7,256 nt of DNA. Origin: Waddliaceae bacterium (GTDB lineage: Bacteria > Chlamydiota > Chlamydiia > Chlamydiales > SLFE01). A model generated the notes under the pieces. That model was given only the letters and a program-made list of their open reading frames with translations. It made no database searches and was not told the origin of the DNA. Position numbers and translations under genes: made by a program. The stretch is from positions 1-7,256 of the forward strand of contig CAWAPJ010000040.1 of the NCBI GenBank assembly GCA_963783885.1, given 5' to 3'. Below, in pieces: positions 1 through 6,419 of this stretch; the stretch's first letter is position 1, and each line of letters begins with the position of its first letter.

Positions 1-1
1 T

Positions 2-112
2 TAGAGAACGAAGCGCGGGCGACGGTATGCAAGGCGTCCGATGCAGGCAACCCCTCTAGGGGTTGTCGAAGCAGGACAACGCAGCAGACCGGAAGCCCCC
101 GCAAGTTCTCTA
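2..112. mobile_element. ERIC/RPE-like palindromic repeat element (putative MITE)
   Basis: Terminal inverted repeat TAGAGAAC (2-9)/GTTCTCTA (105-112). Nested stems: GCGCGGGC 13-20/GCCCCCGC 95-102 (1 mismatch), CGGT 23-26/ACCG 88-91, TGC 28-30/GCA 84-86, GCG+TCC 34-39/GGA 74-76+CGC 80-82, TGC 42-44/GCA 71-73, apical GGCAACCCC 46-54/GGGGTTGTC 59-67. TA at both ends. Confidence 0.7.
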
Positions 113-153
113 GGGGCGTAGATCGCCGAACGCTTACAAATAAAGCTTTTTTT

Positions 154-930
154 TCAATTTAACAAACGCGCTAGATTGTCATCGATAAGGATACCGCATG
201 CTACAAGTACAACGTTGACCGCTGTTCGAGGTATAAGGCCTGCGTATAAAGTTCGGATTTTTTGTTTGAAGGACTGGACTTTAAGACTTCTCCAAATTCC
301 CTTGATTGTGCATGAAGGATCTACCTGTAAATTAATGCGAAATACTTGGAGAGGCTGTGTTGCTATGCAAGTGCCGAAGCCTGTAGCCAAACTGCTGAAT
401 AATATTGCTAGAGAAGGGTCTACTCCTTTATTGGATATCTTCCGCTGCAATACAGCTCCCCAAGTCAGCACTCCGCCGACTGCGATACAGTCGCGCCCCA
501 GAGTAGGAAGAAATCCCCTATAGAGTCCTCGGAAGCCATCGCAGCGAATGATTTCCCGGAATAAGGACAGATTCCCATTTCCGGTTTTATTATCTAAGGC
601 GGCAACCCGCTCACCCGGACAAGCCGCAACGACCGAAGCACCACCGGAAATCAATCCAATGACTAATTCAGTACCATCTGTTTGCTTCCATTTCCATCTT
701 TCAAGCCCATTCCGAAGAGCCCCTTTGCTAAGATGGGCGACACACATAAACCCGAAGTAGCTGAAAAAATTTGCAGAGGCACCCCGCCAAATATCCTGAA
801 GACGAAGCGGCATATTCTCTACTCTGCAATACTGCCAATGCAAAAGGGGATTAGTTGCAAAGGTCGCACTGACTGCGCTCACCGCTCCTTGAAGGAAGTC
901 TCTTGAGGTACTGGCAGATGATGGATTCAT
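154..930 (-). CDS. Mitochondrial carrier family (SLC25/Mito_carr) protein, 258 aa
   Basis: Three repeats, each with a small-residue-rich helix ending in a signature Pro (P28 NPLLHWQ, P105 CPGERVA, P193 QPLQVFR) and followed by an aromatic-x-G motif (WRG 48-50, EIIRCDGFRGLYRGF 126-140, LYAGLIPR 228-235). ATG 928-930, TGA 154-156. Confidence 0.85.
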   Translation of the reverse strand: MNPSSASTSRDFLQGAVSAVSATFATNPLLHWQYCRVENMPLRLQDIWRGASANFFSYFGFMCVAHLSKGALRNGLERWKWKQTDGTELVIGLISGGASVVAACPGERVAALDNKTGNGNLSLFREIIRCDGFRGLYRGFLPTLGRDCIAVGGVLTWGAVLQRKISNKGVDPSLAILFSSLATGFGTCIATQPLQVFRINLQVDPSCTIKGIWRSLKVQSFKQKIRTLYAGLIPRTAVNVVLVACGILIDDNLARLLN

Positions 931-1134
931 AATTTTCCGATACTTTTATTAGGCAATATACTTAAAAGATTTTTTCTTGTATTTAGTTCTTCTGACTGCA
1001 GAGGAATAAATATGGCTCGAACAATATTGACAAAAGAAGAAGACGAATAGGCACACTATACGAGAAGCATGCTGCAAATTTTATTGGGATGGTAACAATT
1101 GGCTGTATTCTTCAGTGGGCAATCTTTTAAAAAA

Positions 1135-1239
1135 TACCACAGAGAGCACAGAGATCACTGAGAGAGATTTATATGGTACAGTTCACTAAAATAGGTAACA
1201 CTTTCCTTCCTCTCTGTGATCTCTGTGGGCTCTGTGGTA
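1135..1239. repeat. Long inverted repeat of (CACAGAGnn)x3 units, MITE-like
   Basis: 30-nt arms at 1135-1164 and 1210-1239 match at 27/30 as reverse complements, with a 45-nt spacer. AAAAAAT flanks the ACCAC...GTGGT core on both sides (1129-1135 and 1239-1245). Confidence 0.8.
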
Positions 1240-1291
1240 AAAAATTCATAGCAGACATTTTGAAATTAAAAGAAATGGAATCGCTGATTAT

Positions 1292-1321
1292 ACCTTCTAG
1301 GTACTCTACCTAAATGAAGGT
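1292..1321 (-). terminator. Hairpin downstream of purT, possible terminator or stabiliser
   Basis: ACCTTC-TAGGTA-ctc-TACCTA-aat-GAAGGT, about 30 nt past the purT stop. No convincing U-tract. Confidence 0.3.
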
Positions 1322-1350
1322 CATCTTTCGCCTTAGGTCACAATCATGGG

Positions 1351-2547
1351 TTAAAGTCCGATTTTTACTCCGCTGCTTGCGCTTTTGGCTTTTTGAAGGG
1401 CCTCTTCAAGAGTTTCTCCAAGTGCAAGAGCCACGCCCATTCTCCTCTCCCCATCCACCTCGGGTTTTCCGAAGAGTCTCAGCTCAGTCCCTTCTTGAGA
1501 GAGCGCTTCCTTAAGGTTGTTGAAGCTGACATTTTTCGAACTTCCTCGAGCTATTATTACCGATGATGCGGCAGGTCCCAGTTGCTTGATTTTAGGAATG
1601 GGCAATCCCAAAACCGCTCTTGCGTGGAGAGCAAACTGGGAAAGGTTTTGAGATATCATGGTTACCATGCCTGTGTCATGAGGCCTCGGCGACACTTCAT
1701 TAAATAGGACGTCTTTGCCTTTAATAAAAAGCTCTACACCAAAAATGCCCGTACCCCCTAGTGAAGAGGTGATTCTTTCGGCGATGGACTTTGCTTTCTC
1801 AAGAGCCGTCTGGGGCATAGGGTGGGGCTGCCAGGACTGCCTGTAATCCCCTTTTTCCTGCAGATGGCCGATGGGCTCGCAAAATGACGTGATGATGTTT
1901 CCGTCGGAACCGGCATGCCGCACGGTCAGCAGAGTGATCTCGTAGTCAAAATCAATGTAGCCTTCGACGATCACTTTGTCCGCTTTCCCGCGCGCGCGCT
2001 CGCAGGCAGAGTCCCAGGCCGCCTCAGCCTCTCTCTCGGTTTTGACAAAAGACTGCCCTTTCCCCGAGGAGCTCATAATTGGTTTCACCACGCAGGGAAA
2101 GCCGATACTTTTCACCGCTATTAAATAGTCTTCTTTGGTGGGCACAATTCTATAGGGCGTTGTCGGCAGCCTAAGCTCTTCGGCGGCATGCCGCCGAATC
2201 CTCTCCCGATTCATCGCTGTGCTGACAGCCTTTGCCGTGGGAATGACCCGAAAGCCTTTTTCTTCCAGTTTGATGAGCGCGTCGACAGCGATAGCCTCGA
2301 TTTCAGGAATGATAAGATCGGGCTGCTCCTCTTCGATCAAATGCAATAAGGCCTTTTCATCGAGCATGGATACCGTATGGGATCGATGTGCCACCTGCAT
2401 CGCGGGAGCATTGAGGTACCTATCGACAGCGACAACCTCCACACCCAATCTTTGCAATTCAATGACCAGTTCCTTTCCGAGCTCACCGGCTCCCAGAATC
2501 AGGGCCGTTGTGGCATTTGACGACAAGGGCGTTCCAATAGCGGGCAT
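1351..2547 (-). CDS. purT: Formate-dependent phosphoribosylglycinamide formyltransferase (GAR transformylase 2, ATP-grasp)
   Basis: Diagnostic motifs [73 protein letters not shown] and RRMGVALA; 398 aa. Confidence 0.97.
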   Translation of the reverse strand: MPAIGTPLSSNATTALILGAGELGKELVIELQRLGVEVVAVDRYLNAPAMQVAHRSHTVSMLDEKALLHLIEEEQPDLIIPEIEAIAVDALIKLEEKGFRVIPTAKAVSTAMNRERIRRHAAEELRLPTTPYRIVPTKEDYLIAVKSIGFPCVVKPIMSSSGKGQSFVKTEREAEAAWDSACERARGKADKVIVEGYIDFDYEITLLTVRHAGSDGNIITSFCEPIGHLQEKGDYRQSWQPHPMPQTALEKAKSIAERITSSLGGTGIFGVELFIKGKDVLFNEVSPRPHDTGMVTMISQNLSQFALHARAVLGLPIPKIKQLGPAASSVIIARGSSKNVSFNNLKEALSQEGTELRLFGKPEVDGERRMGVALALGETLEEALQKAKSASSGVKIGL

Positions 2548-2550
2548 AAA

Positions 2551-3132
2551 CTACTTGCCCCAGATTTCTTTTAGCCGGCTGTCGCGGCCGCATAAAGTTC
2601 GGTAAAATTTGTAGCGGTAGGGGTGCTTTTTATAGTATTCTTGATGATACTCTTCCGCTGGCCAAAATTTCTCTAAAGGGACGATCTGTGTATACACATG
2701 CTTCACTTTCCCCTCTTTCAAAAGCTTCTCTTTGGATTCTTCGGCAAGCTTTTTTTGCTCTTCGTTTTCATAAAAAATGGCCGAGCGGTATTGAGAGCCC
2801 TTATCGCAAAACTGCTGGTCTTTCACAGTCGGGTCGATATTGACCCAAAACACGTCGAGAAGTTTTTGATAGCTAATTTTTTGAGGATCATAAGTGATCT
2901 GAATTGATTCGGCATGTCCTGTCGTTCCTGATGAAACCTGCTCATATGTGGGGTTTTCTGTATGTCCGCCGGCATAGCCGACTTTTGTCGAGACAACGCC
3001 ATCGAGCTTATCAAACGGCGGCTGCATGCACCAAAAGCAGCCTCCGGCAAAAGTGGCGGTTTGCAGCCCGCTTTCCTCAGCAAATAAAGAGAGCGAAAAG
3101 AGACTGAGAAGAATCACTAAAATGTACATCAT
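2551..3132 (-). CDS. msrA: Peptide-methionine (S)-S-oxide reductase with N-terminal signal peptide, 193 aa
   Basis: ATFAGGCFWC, GYAGG, PTYEQV, GHAE, DKGSQYRSAIF and AEEYHQEYY motifs. ATG at 3132 has GGAG 8 nt upstream and is preferred over the TTG at 3174. Hydrophobic leader MMYILVILLSLFSLSLFA|EE. Stop lies 3 nt before the purT ATG. Confidence 0.95.
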   Translation of the reverse strand: MMYILVILLSLFSLSLFAEESGLQTATFAGGCFWCMQPPFDKLDGVVSTKVGYAGGHTENPTYEQVSSGTTGHAESIQITYDPQKISYQKLLDVFWVNIDPTVKDQQFCDKGSQYRSAIFYENEEQKKLAEESKEKLLKEGKVKHVYTQIVPLEKFWPAEEYHQEYYKKHPYRYKFYRTLCGRDSRLKEIWGK

Positions 3133-3239
3133 CCTTTTTTCTCCAATACACTTCCGAAAATACCACTTTATCAATTTTTTGCTTTATTAAGAATACAAAT
3201 CCCTTTATGTGTAGGAAAGGATAAATAAAGGATTTTTTT

Positions 3240-5108
3240 ATGGAGCATGATCTTCGCGAAGATGAACAAGCGGCAGAAGAGACAAAAGAAATTGCCGAAG
3301 AAGCCAGAGACTTTGCCTATGAACACCCTAGCTTTGGCGCCCAGCTCTTTATGGGTAAGTTTGCCTGGGATATGATGTACCCTTTTCCCGAACAGGATGA
3401 AGAGGATAAGAAAATCGGCGATGAGTTTATCGAAAAAATCGAAACCCTTCTCAAAGAAAAGCTCGATCCTGAAGAGGTCGACCGTACGCGGGAGATTCCT
3501 CAGAAAGTGCGCGACGAAATGGCCAAGCTGGGGGTCTTTGCCCTAAAAGTTCCCAAAAAATACGACGGCCTTGAATTTTCCCAAATGAACTATAACCGCA
3601 CCGTGATGAAAGTCGCGTCCTACTGCGGAGCCACAGCAGTGCTCATTTCAGCCCATCAGTCTATTGGCGTTCCTCAGCCGCTGAAATTTTACGGTACCGA
3701 AGAACAGAAGAAAAAATACTATCCCCCCTTCCGCAAAGGGGCAATTTCCGCTTTCGCTCTGACCGAACCGGCTGTCGGCTCCGACCCTGCCCGCATGTCG
3801 ACTGAAGCTGTTCTTTCCGAAGACGGGACTCATTATGTCCTCAATGGCGAAAAGCTGTGGTGCACCAACGGCACCATCGCCGATGTCATCATTGTCATAG
3901 CGAAAACCGCTCCGAAAATTGTCAAAGGGAAAGAAAGGCAGCAAATCACTGCCTTTATCCTCGAAATGAGGACTAAAGGTGTCGAAGTCGTTCATCGATG
4001 CGAATTTATGGGATTAAGTGGGATCTATAACGGACTGCTCCGCTTTACCAACGTTAAAATCCCTGTGGAAAACCGGCTAGGCGATGAAGGGAGAGGGCTG
4101 GCCATGGCCCTTGAAACGATCAATGTAGGCCGCCTGACGCTGCCTGCTGCCTCGACAGGCGGAGCCAAACAGTGCCTATCGATCGCCAGAAGATGGGGCG
4201 CAAGCCGGATCCAGTGGGGGCAGCCTATCGGACTGCATGAAGCAGGCAGGCAAAAGATAGCCTATATTTCCTCGACAACATTCGCCATGGAGGCGGTCAG
4301 CTGGCTGACAAGCATGTGGCAGGACATGGGAGGGATCGATATTCGTATTGAAGCCGCTATGGCTAAATTATTTACAACCGAGGAGTTTTGGAAGATAACC
4401 GACGAGACCCTGCAGCTAAGAGGAGGCAGAGGGTATGAGACAGGACGATCGCTCAAAGCCAGAGGGGAACCCCCCTATTCTGTCGAAAGGGCTATGAGAG
4501 ACTGCCGCATTAATCGCATCCTCGAAGGGTCCTCCGAGATCATGAAGCTCTTTTTGACCCGCGAGGCAGTCGACACCCATATCAAGAGGCTCATGCCGCT
4601 TCTTAAAGGCGAATTCAAAGGAATGGACAAATACAAGTATATCGCAAAACTCGTCGGGCACTACAGTTGTTGGTACCAGAGCCGCTTTTTTAAGTCGTTC
4701 AAATCCTCCTCCTATCCTGAGGCGGGCAAGCTTGAAAAGCATTGCAAATTTATTGAAAAAACTGCCCATAAATTAGCGAGGAACATATTCTTTTATATGG
4801 CCAAGTATCAAAAAAAGCTCGAGAAAAAACAATTGCTTTTGGGCCGTTTGATCGATATCGGAACAGATCTATTCATGATGGCCGCAACGTGTTCTTTTGC
4901 GATTAAAGAGGAAAAGAGGATCGGAAACGACTCCCCCATCGACCTGGCCGATTATTTCTGCGAAGTTGCCAGAAGACGAATTGAAGAAAACTTCAAGGCT
5001 GTCAAGGACAACGACGACCGGCATACAAATTCTATCGCCAAAAGAGTCATAGACAATGACTATACTTGGCTGGAAAAAGGGATCATGTGGATTGGGCCCG
5101 AAGAATAA
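3240..5108 (+). CDS. Long acyl-CoA dehydrogenase (FadE10/VLCAD/ACAD9-like), 622 aa
   Basis: AHQSIG, FALTEPAVGSD, LNGEKLWCTNG, GGRGYE and RILEGSSEI (catalytic Glu) motifs, plus a C-terminal extension of about 180 aa. N-terminal AEEAR...PSF..QLFMG resembles mycobacterial FadE10 (recalled). AAGGA SD 7 nt upstream. Confidence 0.93.
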   Translation: MEHDLREDEQAAEETKEIAEEARDFAYEHPSFGAQLFMGKFAWDMMYPFPEQDEEDKKIGDEFIEKIETLLKEKLDPEEVDRTREIPQKVRDEMAKLGVFALKVPKKYDGLEFSQMNYNRTVMKVASYCGATAVLISAHQSIGVPQPLKFYGTEEQKKKYYPPFRKGAISAFALTEPAVGSDPARMSTEAVLSEDGTHYVLNGEKLWCTNGTIADVIIVIAKTAPKIVKGKERQQITAFILEMRTKGVEVVHRCEFMGLSGIYNGLLRFTNVKIPVENRLGDEGRGLAMALETINVGRLTLPAASTGGAKQCLSIARRWGASRIQWGQPIGLHEAGRQKIAYISSTTFAMEAVSWLTSMWQDMGGIDIRIEAAMAKLFTTEEFWKITDETLQLRGGRGYETGRSLKARGEPPYSVERAMRDCRINRILEGSSEIMKLFLTREAVDTHIKRLMPLLKGEFKGMDKYKYIAKLVGHYSCWYQSRFFKSFKSSSYPEAGKLEKHCKFIEKTAHKLARNIFFYMAKYQKKLEKKQLLLGRLIDIGTDLFMMAATCSFAIKEEKRIGNDSPIDLADYFCEVARRRIEENFKAVKDNDDRHTNSIAKRVIDNDYTWLEKGIMWIGPEE

Positions 5109-5532
5109 CGATCACTACCGCAAGCTGGAGAGGATGTACCTCTCTGCAGCTATCAATAAATGGTATAAGCCCAGGATCGCTATCTCCGACAGGCATTGCG
5201 AGATCACAATGCCGCTCGACCCTAAATTTTACCATGCCGCCGAGGCGGTCCATGGTTCTATCTATTTTAAAATGCTCGACGATGCGGCGTTTTTCGCCGC
5301 AAATTCCATTATTCTTGATGTTTTTGCTCTGACAACTAATTTTAACATCAATCTCTTGAAACCGGTCTCAAAAGGGATGATAAAATCGAGTGCCGACCTG
5401 ACTTTCGCATCAAAAAGCTCCTACATTGCCGAAGCCAGACTCTTTGATGAAACCGGCGACCTGCTGGCAGTCGGCATGGGAACATTTGTAAAAAGCAAAA
5501 TCGCCCTATCTTCACTTGAAAGTTATCAATAA
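5092..5532 (+). CDS. PaaI-like hotdog-fold thioesterase
   Basis: VHGSIYFKMLDDAAFFAA active-site helix, NINLLKPV strand, and C-terminal AEARLFD..LLAVGMGTF. Start uncertain: TTG 5092 (AAGGGA 9 nt upstream) or ATG 5056; both overlap the ACAD 3' end. Confidence 0.88.
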   Translation: MGPKNNDHYRKLERMYLSAAINKWYKPRIAISDRHCEITMPLDPKFYHAAEAVHGSIYFKMLDDAAFFAANSIILDVFALTTNFNINLLKPVSKGMIKSSADLTFASKSSYIAEARLFDETGDLLAVGMGTFVKSKIALSSLESYQ

Positions 5533-5571
5533 AAAAGAAAGGCTGAAAGCAGAAACTGCCTGCAGCCTTTC
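5531..5571 (-). terminator. Rho-independent terminator between convergent genes (possibly bidirectional)
   Basis: GAAAGGCTG 5537-5545/CAGCCTTTC 5563-5571 with inner GCAG/CTGC stem. A6 at 5531-5536 gives a U-tract on the minus strand. Confidence 0.8.
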
Positions 5572-5593
5572 ACATCGATGCAAATGTCTATTC

Positions 5594-6196
5594 TTAGAGA
5601 TTTGTTTTGTTTTTCGTAGACTGATTTAAACTTCCGTTGCTTTTTACGTTTGTCGGTTTGCTGCTTTTGATGTTATTGTTATTGGGGTTGTGCTGGTAGT
5701 AGCCTTGGCTGTTGCGTTGATTCGGTCTCCAGGCAGGAGCAGGGCAGCTGCCGTTTGCACATGAAGATCCTTGATTATCGTAGTAGCTGCATTTTTTGTA
5801 TTTGCAGCATGGAATGTATTCGCAGCATTGGTCGTAGACAGTTCTTTTTCTATATGTGCAATAACGTTCGTAGTGGCACTTAGGAACTTTTACGCAATAT
5901 GTTTCATAGTAATACTGTGGAACATATCGGCAGCACCTTTTTTGCCTTGTTTGATACTCGCAAGTTTCGCATTTTTTGCATTTCCACACAGGCTCATAAA
6001 CGCAGCGTGGTTTGCAATAGTATCTTGGTTTGTATGTCACTACCGGCTGATAGCAGATGGTAGGACATTGACAACAATTGTATTCCCGGCCGCATTCAAC
6101 GCCGTCGCGAGCAACCTGGTGGTTGCCCCATCCGGCAAATGCGGGCAGGAATGATAGCACACCTAGTGCAAAAAGCACTGAAAAGTAACGCTTCAT
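5594..6196 (-). CDS. Exported Cys/Tyr-rich 12-aa-repeat protein A, 200 aa (putative envelope protein)
   Basis: Strong SD GGAGGT (6202-6207); signal peptide ending AFA|GW; 22 Cys and 23 Tyr; seven 12-aa repeats; N/Q/S/K-rich tail. Confidence 0.85.
   Translation of the reverse strand: MKRYFSVLFALGVLSFLPAFAGWGNHQVARDGVECGREYNCCQCPTICYQPVVTYKPRYYCKPRCVYEPVWKCKKCETCEYQTRQKRCCRYVPQYYYETYCVKVPKCHYERYCTYRKRTVYDQCCEYIPCCKYKKCSYYDNQGSSCANGSCPAPAWRPNQRNSQGYYQHNPNNNNIKSSKPTNVKSNGSLNQSTKNKTNL
5789..6040 (-). repeat. 7 x 12-aa coding repeat in protein A
   Basis: VTYKPRYYCKPR / CVYEPVWKCKKC / ETCEYQTRQKRC / CRYVPQYYYETY / CVKVPKCHYERY / CTYRKRTVYDQC / CEYIPCCKYKKC. Confidence 0.8.
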
Positions 6197-6419
6197 GTGT
6201 TACCTCCAAAAAATATATTATTGTACTAAGTTTAGAACTGCCAGCGAAGAAACGAGCGTTCAAGCTTTATTGAGATTGCAGTTCTACTTAAAATGAAGTG
6301 CCTTCCTCTAAGAGGACTGATGATAGGCTAATCTTTTTGTCCTCTACATCTCTATTTCTTATATAGGGAATTTTGTTGCAATGATTTTTATTATATTTTT
6401 TTATTTAACTGATATACAG

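Noticed and set aside
176..906. Plus-strand ORFs 176-523, 548-760 and 682-906
   Set aside because: Antisense shadows of the carrier gene with no recognisable motifs.
1135..1239. CRISPR array interpretation of the CACAGAG repeats
   Set aside because: The arms are inverted, the units are only 9 nt, there are no spacers of CRISPR length and no cas genes in the window.
1314..3107. ORFs 1314-1514, 1915-2124, 2219-2605, 2698-2907, 2823-3083 and 2904-3107
   Set aside because: They overlap purT or msrA in antisense or alternative frames and lack independent support.
3133..3174. TTG-initiated N-terminal extension of MsrA
   Set aside because: ATG 3132 has a well-spaced GGAG and begins directly with the signal peptide.
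3648..5332. ORFs 3648-3995, 4262-4456, 4416-4769 and 5066-5332
   Set aside because: Shadow frames of the acyl-CoA dehydrogenase and thioesterase.
6225..6385. Sigma54 (TGGCA near 6239-6243) or sigma70-type (TTGCAA near 6376-6381) promoter for gene A
   Set aside because: No TTGC at the -12 position and no -10 box at 16-18 nt spacing.
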